Virus record (IMG/VR): IMGVR_UViG_3300035211_000050
Coordinates: 4,854-68,853 of that record
Reading direction: 5' to 3' (one strand)
From: a virus
DNA length: 64,000 nucleotides
Shown here: positions 26,579-35,847 of the stretch, in pieces
How positions within the stretch are numbered: position 1 is the stretch's first letter
Layout: each line of letters begins with the position of its first letter
The notes under the pieces: model-generated
What the model was told of the DNA's origin: nothing
The model's database searches: none
Seen by the model: the letters and a program-made list of their open reading frames with translations, nothing else
Program-made: the position numbers and the translations under genes

Positions 26579-26968
26579 ATGCAAAACTTATTAGTTACGA
26601 TCGGCCTACCAAGAAGTGGAAAGTCCACATGGGCAAAGCAACAAAACTTACCAATCGTTAATAGAGATTCTATCCGTCTCGCTCTTCATGGCAAACCATA
26701 TCTTCAAGAAGCTGAACCAATGGTAACAGTCTTAGAAGATATTATGATCAAATCATTATTTCTTGCCGGACATGAAGAGATCATTATTGATGCTACAAAT
26801 ACAACAAAAGAAAGACGTCAGCGCTGGGAAGACTCTCCATATGAGGTAGATTATGTAGTATTTCCAATAGCAAAAGCAGCATGTATTCAAAGAGCTAAAG
26901 ATTCTGACAGAGAAGATCTGATTCCCATAATTGAAAATATGGCAAAAAAGATAGATTATAATATATAA
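26579..26968 (+). CDS. AAA_33 / polynucleotide-kinase-like P-loop kinase
   Basis: IGLPRSGKSTWA, NRDSIR, IIDATN...RR..W. Confidence 0.8.
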   Translation: MQNLLVTIGLPRSGKSTWAKQQNLPIVNRDSIRLALHGKPYLQEAEPMVTVLEDIMIKSLFLAGHEEIIIDATNTTKERRQRWEDSPYEVDYVVFPIAKAACIQRAKDSDREDLIPIIENMAKKIDYNI

Positions 26969-26979
26969 AAGGAGTTCTT

Positions 26980-27210
26980 ATGGGACTTTTAAATACAGAA
27001 GATGCAATAAATAATGCCATGTTAAATGGTTTAAGTAATTCTTTTAAGGCAGAATTAAAAGGTTTTTTAATGGAGAAAGCTGAAAAAGAAGTAGATCAAA
27101 TAGTATCTATTATTTCAAAAAGGCTTGAATTAAAAATACGACAATCAACAAGTCAGTTAAGTGATCCTAGATTTATTAAACTTGAATGGATATTTAGAAA
27201 GGAAAATTAA
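26980..27210 (+). CDS. hypothetical phage protein
   Basis: AAGGAG RBS. Confidence 0.55.
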   Translation: MGLLNTEDAINNAMLNGLSNSFKAELKGFLMEKAEKEVDQIVSIISKRLELKIRQSTSQLSDPRFIKLEWIFRKEN

Positions 27211-27213
27211 ATT

Positions 27214-28629
27214 ATGCAATTATTTCAAATTGAAGAACGCAATATCAGTGCCATCATAATCAAAAATCGTACTCGTACAGATATCGGCGACATTACTACT
27301 TTAGCAGATAACATTGATATGGTAGGCCAGCTATCTCCGATAATCATCGATAGTGATAATAACTTAATCGATGGCTTGCGTAGAACAGAAGCAATGAAAC
27401 ATCTTGGCAGAACATCTATTGAGGTTAGAGTTGCAGATGGTATTACTAAAGATGATACTTTCTTAATTGAACTTCTTTCTAATATGGATCGTAAGGAGTT
27501 CACATGGTATGAAGAAATAGAACTCAAGGCAAAACTTCATAATTATTGGAAAGCTTCTGCAGAAAAAGAAAAGAAGTCCTGGGGATACCGTGAAACCTCT
27601 AAACGCCTCCGCTGTTCATTAGGTGGCCTTTCAACTGATCTTGCCTTTGCTGAAGCATTGAAAGTATTCCCTATGTTAAAAGAACATACAACTAAAGGCC
27701 GTGCTCGTGAGGCATACAAATCAATGGGCAAGCAAGCCGCTGCTTTACAACGCTTAGATAATTTGAACGATGAGGAAAAAGAAAGACTTAAAAAACTTCA
27801 GCATGGTATGCTAGATATAAAGCCAAAAGAAGTTTTGAAGCAACAAGATTCAGAGAGAACAAAAGAAGCCAGTGAAAAAGTAAGTTCTCTTTTAGAAGAA
27901 GAAGAAAAACAGTCAAAAAGTGAAGTTGTTGTAACTTATGTGGCTGAAAATTATAAAACATTCATTGAAAAGTTTCCTGATAATACTGTGGGCATGGTAG
28001 AACTTGACCCACCATATGCAATTGATTTTGAAAACACTTATGGAAAGGCTTCCAAGATTGAAAGCAAAGCAACAGACTGGACAGAGCAAGAATTGTTTGA
28101 GTTCTATTATAATTATTTGTCTCTCATATATCAAAAGATGCTTGATGCAAGTTGGGTACTCTGCTGGACAGGCAAGGAACATTATATGCAGATCAACAAA
28201 ATTGCCGAAGAGACAGGATTCAGAATTCAACAACCTGGTTCATGGCCTAAGCCAGGTGGAAGTACTAATCAAGCAAAGAAATGTATGATATCTAATTGGG
28301 AAATGTTCTTACTTTTCAGTAAAGGTGAGGCACAGTTTAACACTCCAAGTATGTATTCATCAATTCCACAAATGGCAACTAATCCATCCAGCAAAAGAAT
28401 CCACCAATGGGAAAAACCTATTGAAGTTTATGATTACTTTCTTAAAGCCTTAAGCAAGCCAGGCACATTCTTCTTGAGTCCTTTTGCTGGTAGTGGTAAT
28501 TGCTTAATCAGTGCTGCCAAACATAAAATGATCCCTTATGGCTGTGATAAGACTTCAAAATATATTCCACAATTTTATGAGAGACTTAATAATTATTTAG
28601 GACTAAAGGCAAATGTGAAAGGGTTATAA
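27214..28629 (+). CDS. ParB/Srx N-domain + HTH + N6/N4 DNA methyltransferase fusion
   Basis: GQLSPIII..LIDGLRR.EA, EL.SNMDR; WGYRETSKRLRCS HTH; DPPY, HQWEKP, SPFAGSG. Confidence 0.85.
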   Translation: MQLFQIEERNISAIIIKNRTRTDIGDITTLADNIDMVGQLSPIIIDSDNNLIDGLRRTEAMKHLGRTSIEVRVADGITKDDTFLIELLSNMDRKEFTWYEEIELKAKLHNYWKASAEKEKKSWGYRETSKRLRCSLGGLSTDLAFAEALKVFPMLKEHTTKGRAREAYKSMGKQAAALQRLDNLNDEEKERLKKLQHGMLDIKPKEVLKQQDSERTKEASEKVSSLLEEEEKQSKSEVVVTYVAENYKTFIEKFPDNTVGMVELDPPYAIDFENTYGKASKIESKATDWTEQELFEFYYNYLSLIYQKMLDASWVLCWTGKEHYMQINKIAEETGFRIQQPGSWPKPGGSTNQAKKCMISNWEMFLLFSKGEAQFNTPSMYSSIPQMATNPSSKRIHQWEKPIEVYDYFLKALSKPGTFFLSPFAGSGNCLISAAKHKMIPYGCDKTSKYIPQFYERLNNYLGLKANVKGL

Positions 28630-28630
28630 A

Positions 28631-28816
28631 ATGCGTTTAAATATTGAATGGATTGCTCCTTGGCGTTTTGGAAAACCTATAAAAAATTGGTTATTTAAAA
28701 TACATGGAAAGTCAACTTATGATCCTACTTGTTGGGGTATATGGATTTTTGGTTTTTATATTCACTGGACATCTCAAGCAACAAGACATGGTTTTGGATT
28801 TAATATTCAATTTTAA
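28631..28816 (+). CDS. small aromatic-rich inserted cargo ORF
   Basis: Lies between the MTase gene and a relic of its 3' end. Confidence 0.5.
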   Translation: MRLNIEWIAPWRFGKPIKNWLFKIHGKSTYDPTCWGIWIFGFYIHWTSQATRHGFGFNIQF

Positions 28817-28840
28817 AAAGCAAATGTGAATGGATTGTAA
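28817..28840 (+). pseudogene. relic 3' end of the ParB-MTase gene (KANVNGL*)
   Basis: 20/24 nt identical to 28606-28629 (KANVKGL*); all 4 differences at third codon positions. Confidence 0.7.
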
Positions 28841-28841
28841 T

Positions 28842-28949
28842 ATGTGGAACTATATAATTTATTGGATTTTATTTCCAGCAATAATAGCTTTTATTTTAGG
28901 CTTACTTATTGGTTATTTTATATTGCCAATAATTAATAGGGACAAATAA
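28842..28949 (+). CDS. 35-aa single-TM peptide
   Basis: MWNYIIYWILFPAIIAFILGLLIGYFILPIINRDK; fills the gap exactly. Confidence 0.45.
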   Translation: MWNYIIYWILFPAIIAFILGLLIGYFILPIINRDK

Positions 28950-28950
28950 T

Positions 28951-29205
28951 ATGCCAAATTATCAATCAGGACAAATAATGAAATCTAAAAAGAATATCAA
29001 GTGTTGCTTACATAAGAACATCATTCCACTTGAATATTCTTTTTCTCGTAAGACTTGGCCCAATGGGTATAAAGCAGACCCAGATTATAATCCAGTAAAT
29101 TTAATTGGTGCCGATACAATGAGAGTGAAAACTTATCTTTGTCTTGATTGTAAGTGTGAAATCAAAGCTCCAGATCCTGGACACTGTAAGAAGGATATCT
29201 TATAA
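28951..29205 (+). CDS. small Cys-containing protein
   Basis: CCLH...CLDC. Confidence 0.55.
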   Translation: MPNYQSGQIMKSKKNIKCCLHKNIIPLEYSFSRKTWPNGYKADPDYNPVNLIGADTMRVKTYLCLDCKCEIKAPDPGHCKKDIL

Positions 29206-29489
29206 TGGAAATACGAAAAATTAGTATAGATGACATAAATGGTTATCTACACTTTCATAGTTATGACGAAAATGATCCTATTACAAGAAAAACAAAAATA
29301 GCATTACGTGGTTTATTAGTCCATGAATTTTGTCATGGTTTTATAGATATTCAAAGAATTTCAGAAAATTATAATGCTTTAACATGTCGTTCTTGTAAAA
29401 TGAGAATTCCTTTTCCAATAGAAGTTAAAACATATGGACAATTAAAAAATTATTTATTAAAAAGAAAATTAATCCATGAAAAGAAATAA
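29205..29489 (+). CDS. hypothetical protein
   Basis: HEFC...CRSC; coupled start. Confidence 0.55.
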   Translation: MEIRKISIDDINGYLHFHSYDENDPITRKTKIALRGLLVHEFCHGFIDIQRISENYNALTCRSCKMRIPFPIEVKTYGQLKNYLLKRKLIHEKK

Positions 29490-29772
29490 GAAAAAGAAAA
29501 AATTTCGTGCTCATACCAAGAATAGATTACAAGAAAGATATGATGTTAACTTCAATCATGAAGATTTAAAAATTCTTAAGGGGCTAATACGAGCTGGTAA
29601 ATCAGAAATAGTTAAAGCATATTCAAATGCCAGGAAAGTTCATAAAGTTAATTATAAAGGAATGGATATATTAGTTTTATATAATAAGAACCTTCAAGAA
29701 ATAGCTACAGTATTTGAATATAAAAATAATATTATTGAAAATCGTTTTAATAAGCTACTTAAAAAAGATTAA
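29476..29772 (+). CDS. hypothetical protein (H..R.QER, RelE/DUF4258-like)
   Basis: AHTKNRLQERY...IATV pattern. Confidence 0.45.
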   Translation: MKRNKKKKKFRAHTKNRLQERYDVNFNHEDLKILKGLIRAGKSEIVKAYSNARKVHKVNYKGMDILVLYNKNLQEIATVFEYKNNIIENRFNKLLKKD

Positions 29773-29781
29773 GGATAACCA

Positions 29782-32319
29782 ATGATCATACCTAAAATTA
29801 GTACCACATCAAAATCAAAGAAAGAAGAGAAAAGTTCATTTAATGCCTTAGCAATTGAATGTCCACCAACTGATAATATAAGTACTGCAATGATTGCTAT
29901 GGTAGGTGAGGCACCATCTGATATTGAATTAGTAAAACAAGAACCTTTCGTAGGTCCAGCAGGATCTCAACTCAATCGTATATGTGCAGCATGTAGAATT
30001 GCTCGTTATCAAATCTATATGACAAATGCCTGTAAAGCAAAGCTACCTAAAAATGATGCAAACAAATTATGGACTACTAAAGGATATAGGCATCCCGATT
30101 GGGGAACCTTACAGAATCGATTAATAGATGAACTTGCTGAATTCCCAGGCAAGGTAATAATGCTTCTTGGTGCCACAGCTATGAAGTTATTAATTGACGA
30201 ACCAAGGTTTGATTCCATAACTAAGTATCGCGGATCATTCTATCCAGCTGAAAACTTTCCACATCTTAAAGAGAAGTTAGCAGGAAAAATTATTGGCTTG
30301 TCATATCATCCAGAATACACCCAAGCATATAAACATCCAATTCATTTCTATACAATGATTGCGGATTTTCAAAAAGCATTAAAAATTATTGAAAATCCAG
30401 AACTTCTTAAAGATAATGTAGACATCAAAATCAATCCAAGTCTCGATGACATTTTAAAATTTTACGCAGAAATTTCTACAAAAGAATTTGTTGGCTATGA
30501 TATTGAAGCCACGCCAGAATTTATTACATGCTTTTCCTTGGCATTTTATGATGCGATTACTGATAGAATAAAATCTATGTCAATACCATTATTAAATAAC
30601 CAAGGTAGTATGTGGTCAGTTGAAGAAGAATTAAAAATATGGGCTGGCCTGGCTAAGATATTAGAAGATCCAAAGATAAAAATTATCTGTCAGAATGGAA
30701 TGTTTGATATCATGTATACTTTACGAACTATGAATATCAAAACAGATAACTTTTATTTCGATACTATGCTTGCCCAACATAGATGTTATACAGAACTTCC
30801 AAAAGGTTTAGATTATCTTACCTCAACATATACTTATTATCCATACTATAAAGATGAAGGTAAATTATCCCACCTTAAAATTATTAAAGACTGGCCACAG
30901 TATTGGACATACAATGCTAAGGATGCCGCATATCTCTTACCTATCTCAGAAGCTTTAATGAAAGAACTTGAAGAATTTGAATCTGCAGATGCCATGACAT
31001 ATATGATGGACTTGCATAAACCATTAATGGAAATGGAATATAATGGCATCTTAACAGATCCAAAAGGCATAAAGGATTGCAAGAAAAAATATGAAAAGTT
31101 TATAATAGCATTACAGCATGGTCTTAATAAATTAGCAAATAAAGAACTTAATACAAATTCATCTAAACAAATGATTGCCTATTTTTATGGTACTTTAATG
31201 ATAAAGCCATACATAAATCGAGCAACAGGCAATGCCACTTGTAACGCCGTAGCTCTACATCGTATTGCCAAGAAAGGAATTAAAGGATCTGGTGAAGCAA
31301 AAATAATTATTAAAATGCGAAAGTATGGAAAACTTTTATCTACTTACTTTAATGTAGCTGTAGATGCAGATAATAGATTACGTTGTAGTCATAAGATTAC
31401 TGGAACAGTTTCTGGAAGAATAGCTACTGAAGGAACATTCTTTGGAACAGGAACAAATCTTCAAAACCAGCCTTATATCTTTAAATATTATCTTATCGCA
31501 GATCCTGACTGGATATTATGTGAAGCCGATCTTGCTAAAGCTGAAGCTCATGTAGTTGCATATCTTACACAAGATGCAAACATGATAGAATCATTTGAAT
31601 CGGGTGTAGATGTCCATTCATTTAATGCTAGTAAGATTTTTAATGTTCCTATTGAAGAAGTCATTCATGAGGCTAAAACAAAGAAAGTTGATCAAAGAAG
31701 TACTATGCGTTATATGGGAAAGAAAGTTGTCCACGCCTCGAATTATAATATGGGAGCACAAACATTTTCAGATCAATTAGCTGTTGAAGAAGTCTTTATT
31801 TCCCAATCAGAATGTAAACAATTACTTCAAAATTATCAGGATAGATTTCCCGGCCTAAAAAGATGGCATCAATCAATTGAAAATGAAGTTTCACAATCCA
31901 GAATATTATATAATTTATTTAACTCTCCAAGAAGATTCCTTGGCGAGATGGGACCAGCATTATTTCGTAATGCTTATAGCTATAAACCTCAATCAACTGT
32001 AGCAGAATTATTAAATCGTGGACTTATTAAAATGGCTAATGATCCCAGGCTTGGCAAAGATGGCTATGATATTCGATTATTAACAACTGTTCATGATTCA
32101 GTATTATTTATGTTTCACAAAAGTAAACTTCCACAATTACTTCAAATACTTCTCATCATTAAAGATCATATGACTCATACATTTACTTATAAAGGTAGAT
32201 CTTTTACCATTGGATTAGATGCCAAGATTGGCACTCAATGGGCAGGCAATACAGCAGAAATTGCAAAGTTTACCAAAAATAATATTGATATGGCTATTAA
32301 AAAGATTGGAGTTTTATAA
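29782..32319 (+). CDS. polA: family A DNA polymerase with N-terminal uracil-DNA-glycosylase-like domain and 3'-5' exonuclease
   Basis: VGEAP..E..PFVGPAG, YMTNA.K, YHP; YDIE, FD, YNAKD; TVSGR, NLQN, ADLAKAE, R..GKKVVHASNY, PQST, VHDS. Confidence 0.92.
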   Translation: MIIPKISTTSKSKKEEKSSFNALAIECPPTDNISTAMIAMVGEAPSDIELVKQEPFVGPAGSQLNRICAACRIARYQIYMTNACKAKLPKNDANKLWTTKGYRHPDWGTLQNRLIDELAEFPGKVIMLLGATAMKLLIDEPRFDSITKYRGSFYPAENFPHLKEKLAGKIIGLSYHPEYTQAYKHPIHFYTMIADFQKALKIIENPELLKDNVDIKINPSLDDILKFYAEISTKEFVGYDIEATPEFITCFSLAFYDAITDRIKSMSIPLLNNQGSMWSVEEELKIWAGLAKILEDPKIKIICQNGMFDIMYTLRTMNIKTDNFYFDTMLAQHRCYTELPKGLDYLTSTYTYYPYYKDEGKLSHLKIIKDWPQYWTYNAKDAAYLLPISEALMKELEEFESADAMTYMMDLHKPLMEMEYNGILTDPKGIKDCKKKYEKFIIALQHGLNKLANKELNTNSSKQMIAYFYGTLMIKPYINRATGNATCNAVALHRIAKKGIKGSGEAKIIIKMRKYGKLLSTYFNVAVDADNRLRCSHKITGTVSGRIATEGTFFGTGTNLQNQPYIFKYYLIADPDWILCEADLAKAEAHVVAYLTQDANMIESFESGVDVHSFNASKIFNVPIEEVIHEAKTKKVDQRSTMRYMGKKVVHASNYNMGAQTFSDQLAVEEVFISQSECKQLLQNYQDRFPGLKRWHQSIENEVSQSRILYNLFNSPRRFLGEMGPALFRNAYSYKPQSTVAELLNRGLIKMANDPRLGKDGYDIRLLTTVHDSVLFMFHKSKLPQLLQILLIIKDHMTHTFTYKGRSFTIGLDAKIGTQWAGNTAEIAKFTKNNIDMAIKKIGVL

Positions 32320-32498
32320 TGCTTAAATTTTTTAAATTTATCTCAGCACTTTTTCATATAAGACAAAAAGATGTTTGTGAATTATCACAAGATATGGGAC
32401 TATACGATTTTCATGATTATAGAGATAGTACTTTAGGAGAACCTATACATTGGTATTTACTTGAATGTAAACATTGTGGTAAAAAATTCTATATATAA
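32319..32498 (+). CDS. small Zn-ribbon protein (59 aa)
   Basis: Not in the ORF track; DFHDY...ECKHCGKKFYI; TAATG coupling. Confidence 0.55.
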   Translation: MLKFFKFISALFHIRQKDVCELSQDMGLYDFHDYRDSTLGEPIHWYLLECKHCGKKFYI

Positions 32499-32595
32499 TC
32501 TGAAAAAGATTTTAAAAATGTTAATAAAATTATAAGAGCACTTAATTCAAAATAACAATTGGAACTAATTAAAATTATCATAAAGGAACTTTAAA

Positions 32596-32823
32596 ATGAT
32601 TTTTGGAAAATCTTATAGAGAAAAATATATTGCTGAACAGAAAAAATTAGAAAAACTAAAAAATAAAATATGGTTTGCTTGGTATCCTGTAAAAGAAAAT
32701 TATGGTCGATTTGTCTGGCTTCAAAAAATAAAAGTTGATTATGGTATTTATAATCATTCAGGATATTTAATAAATCCAAAGGAAAAACCAATTTATCATC
32801 TACTAAGTCACGATCAGAACTAA
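32596..32823 (+). CDS. hypothetical phage protein (WFAWYPV..WL motif)
   Basis: AAGGA RBS. Confidence 0.55.
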   Translation: MIFGKSYREKYIAEQKKLEKLKNKIWFAWYPVKENYGRFVWLQKIKVDYGIYNHSGYLINPKEKPIYHLLSHDQN

Positions 32824-32859
32824 TTAACAGTTATTTCACATATTAAGGATTATCACTCT

Positions 32860-34122
32860 ATGGCTCGACAACTTTCTGATTGGCTCGAATATTACATGAA
32901 ATATACTCAAAGAACTGAACCGCCTGAATTATATCATTTATGGTCAGGCTTAGCAGCAATAGCTTCTGCACTTCGCCGCAAGTGTTATTGTAATTGGGGA
33001 GCATTGCGGGGACTAATTTATCCAAATATGTTTATTGCTTTGGTTGGTCCACCTGGAGGTCGTAAAGGAACTGCTATGAGAATAGCAAAAGGTTTTGTAC
33101 AAAAACTTGATATCCCTATGGGTGCAGATTCACTTGGCTCAACTCAGGCACTATATAAAGAATTAATGGATAGTGAAGATTCTTATGTGACTGAAAATGG
33201 CATCACTAAAAAACATAAGAGTGTTTCCATATGGGCTGAAGAATTTCAAGTATTTTTATCTGACAGAGATCAAATGCTTATTCCATCATTAACTGATTTA
33301 TTTGACTGTGCAGACATATGGAAATATAAAACTATTAGTCGGAAAACTGAAGATATTTCTAATTGCTGGATTCATATATTAGGAGCAATAACTCCAGACC
33401 TTCTTCAGGAATGCCTGACTCGTACAGCAGTAGGTGGTGGTCTTATATCTAGAATTATTTTTGTAGTTGGACAGGGACCGAAACAAAGAAGAGCATTACA
33501 ATTTTTAACTAAAGAAGAGCAAGAAATTCAACAAAAATTAGAAAATGATATACAAGAAATTGCTAACTTATCTGGAACATTTCAACTAAGTAAAGAATTT
33601 TTAAAAGCTTATGTTCGCTGGTATGAGCATGAGTATGATGATTCAGGCGTACCTTCAGATAAGTTTCTTGGATATAATCACAGGCGTCCATTACATTTGA
33701 ATAAAGTATGTATGTTATTATCGGCATCAGAATCAAATGAGTTAATTTTAACTGAAGAACATTTTGAAAAAGCTTTAGCTGTAATGCAAATAACAGAACA
33801 AGAAATGCCAAATGCATTTTATGGCCTTGGGTTATCAAGCCAGGCAAATGTATATGCAAAAATCTTAAGTTTCATTGAGGCAAGAGATGCTTTTGATTGG
33901 AGTGAATTAGTACGTAGTTTTCATCTTGATGTAGAAAATATTACGCAGTTACGAGGATATGTTGAGATGGCAGAACAGTCCGGATTAATTACAGCTGAAG
34001 AATCTGCAACTACTTGTAAATATACAACTATTAAAAAACCAAAGGCTCAACGAGATCCAAGTTACATTGAGAAAACTATTTTTAGATTAATGGATAGAAA
34101 TATTATTAAGGAGATAAAATAA
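32860..34122 (+). CDS. DUF3987-like replicative ATPase/helicase
   Basis: E.PELYHLW, YPNMFIALVGPPGGRKGT, LTDLFD, GGLISRIIFV. Confidence 0.7.
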   Translation: MARQLSDWLEYYMKYTQRTEPPELYHLWSGLAAIASALRRKCYCNWGALRGLIYPNMFIALVGPPGGRKGTAMRIAKGFVQKLDIPMGADSLGSTQALYKELMDSEDSYVTENGITKKHKSVSIWAEEFQVFLSDRDQMLIPSLTDLFDCADIWKYKTISRKTEDISNCWIHILGAITPDLLQECLTRTAVGGGLISRIIFVVGQGPKQRRALQFLTKEEQEIQQKLENDIQEIANLSGTFQLSKEFLKAYVRWYEHEYDDSGVPSDKFLGYNHRRPLHLNKVCMLLSASESNELILTEEHFEKALAVMQITEQEMPNAFYGLGLSSQANVYAKILSFIEARDAFDWSELVRSFHLDVENITQLRGYVEMAEQSGLITAEESATTCKYTTIKKPKAQRDPSYIEKTIFRLMDRNIIKEIK

Positions 34123-34613
34123 TGTTAGCAGAAACTTATGAACTACTTAAATATTTGGAAGAACAAATATCTTTTAAGCATACAACAACAATTCTTCTAC
34201 ATAATAACTCATTAACATTACAAATATTTTTTAGAAAAGATGATACTCCATATTATTATCAACAAGCATTAACTAAAAAAGATATAGATGATGTTGTTAA
34301 TAATGAAAGATTTTTTCTAGATTTATTTACAGCTAGTTTAGAAGAATTTTATTTACTAGCTAATACATCAAATTTTGAAGAAAGTGAATTAATTAATCAA
34401 ACAATTATAAAGGAGGAAAATATAGAAGATTCAGTCAAAAAGCAAATGAAAGATTCAGACATGATTTTTACTCAAATATCCACATCAGCAATTGATAATT
34501 TTGCAGAAGCTAAACAACTTATAGTTAAGTTATATGTTCCTGATATGACAATATCACGAGCAGGCATAAGTCATGTATTAAAAAGACTTGAAGAATATTA
34601 TAGTGAAAATTAA
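34122..34613 (+). CDS. hypothetical protein (possibly a fusion of two ORFs)
   Basis: Internal AAGGAGG and a segment resembling the DUF3987 3' end. Confidence 0.5.
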   Translation: MLAETYELLKYLEEQISFKHTTTILLHNNSLTLQIFFRKDDTPYYYQQALTKKDIDDVVNNERFFLDLFTASLEEFYLLANTSNFEESELINQTIIKEENIEDSVKKQMKDSDMIFTQISTSAIDNFAEAKQLIVKLYVPDMTISRAGISHVLKRLEEYYSEN

Positions 34614-34666
34614 CTGGTTTAAGCAATAGTGCAATAAACATTAAAATAATTATAAGGAGAATTAAA

Positions 34667-35449
34667 ATGGATGGAACAGACGAATGTAAAGATGCAATAG
34701 AAGAAGATGTACAATCTGCAGGAATGAAAGAAGTTCATGAAAATAATTATGGAACTTCTGTCGGAGAAACTTTATCAGAAATTAAAGCTGACGTAGATCA
34801 AGCGTATGAAAAAATTAAAGAATTATCAGATTTACCAAAAATCTTATTCTTTGATACTGAGACATCTGGATTCATTAAAAAGGACTTGCCTGCCGATCAT
34901 CCAGATCAGGCATGGACAGTTCAGATCGGTGCCTTATTAACTGATACTGAGGGCAAACAGATTGATAGCATGAATGTAATTATCAAAGCTAATGGCAGAG
35001 AGATGAATCCATTTGCAGAAGAAGTCCATGGCATATCTGTTGAAAGAGCTGATGAAGAAGGTATTGAAGAGCTTGAAGCTGCTGAACAGTTCGGCCTGTT
35101 ATTACGTCAAGCAAGTATGGTTGTTGGACATAACTTTGATTTCGACTGGAAGTATGCTCAGCATCTTTTAGAAAGAAATATAGATAAGCTATCTGATGAA
35201 GCTAGATCTGCTTTCTATCTAGATTTGCCAAACTATTGTACTATGAAAGATAAAGCAATAGTAAAATTCTGTGGATTGAAAAACAAAGCTAACAAGCCGA
35301 AATGGCCAAAGAATACAGAACTTCATTCTATTTTATTTGGAGAAGATTTTGATGCTCATGATGCTTTCAATGATATTATTGCTACCGCAAGAAATTATTT
35401 TGAACTTATTAAAAGAGGCATCATTGAGGATAAGTTGGCAACCGAATAA
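34667..35449 (+). CDS. DEDDh 3'-5' exonuclease (DnaQ-like)
   Basis: FFDTETSG, VHGI, VGHNFDFD, CTM, AHDAFND. Confidence 0.9.
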   Translation: MDGTDECKDAIEEDVQSAGMKEVHENNYGTSVGETLSEIKADVDQAYEKIKELSDLPKILFFDTETSGFIKKDLPADHPDQAWTVQIGALLTDTEGKQIDSMNVIIKANGREMNPFAEEVHGISVERADEEGIEELEAAEQFGLLLRQASMVVGHNFDFDWKYAQHLLERNIDKLSDEARSAFYLDLPNYCTMKDKAIVKFCGLKNKANKPKWPKNTELHSILFGEDFDAHDAFNDIIATARNYFELIKRGIIEDKLATE

Positions 35450-35475
35450 TCGCTGTTCATTTATGAACACCAAGT
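35448..35475. promoter_or_regulatory. 28-bp palindromic site, copy 3 (aatcgctgttc atttat gaacaccaagt)
   Basis: Same motif. Confidence 0.75.
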
Positions 35476-35508
35476 AGATCTATAATAACTTATTAGGGAG
35501 AGATAATT

Positions 35509-35847
35509 ATGGGTGATAGACCAGATTTGGCAGCACCAAGAAAGTTAGGTGAAAAAGAAGAAGTAGTTTTTGGTAATACTGATATCAATCATCCAAAAGT
35601 TGATATTACTTTATCAAAAAAAGAATCAAATCCTTTAGCAGAACAAATTGGAGGAGGTCATTATAAAGGTTTTACTATCCAGCCAGTTGAGTTCATTACA
35701 AAGAATAATCTCAGCTTTCTCCAGGGATGTATTATCAAAAGAATTTGCCGTTATAATCTTAAAGGAACTCCTTTAGAGGATCTTCAAAAGATTAAACATG
35801 AAGTTGATCTTTTAATTGAACTAGATGGATTGGAGAGAAACTTATGA
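35509..35847 (+). CDS. DUF3310-like protein
   Basis: QIGGGHYK..IQPVEFI..N.L.F..G.IIK...R..KG...EDL.K. Confidence 0.8.
   Translation: MGDRPDLAAPRKLGEKEEVVFGNTDINHPKVDITLSKKESNPLAEQIGGGHYKGFTIQPVEFITKNNLSFLQGCIIKRICRYNLKGTPLEDLQKIKHEVDLLIELDGLERNL

Noticed and set aside
32499-32557. Possible relic of the PolA 3' end after the 59-aa ORF
   Set aside because: Similarity (KDFKNVNKIIRAL vs KFTKNNIDMAIKKI) is too weak in AT-rich sequence.
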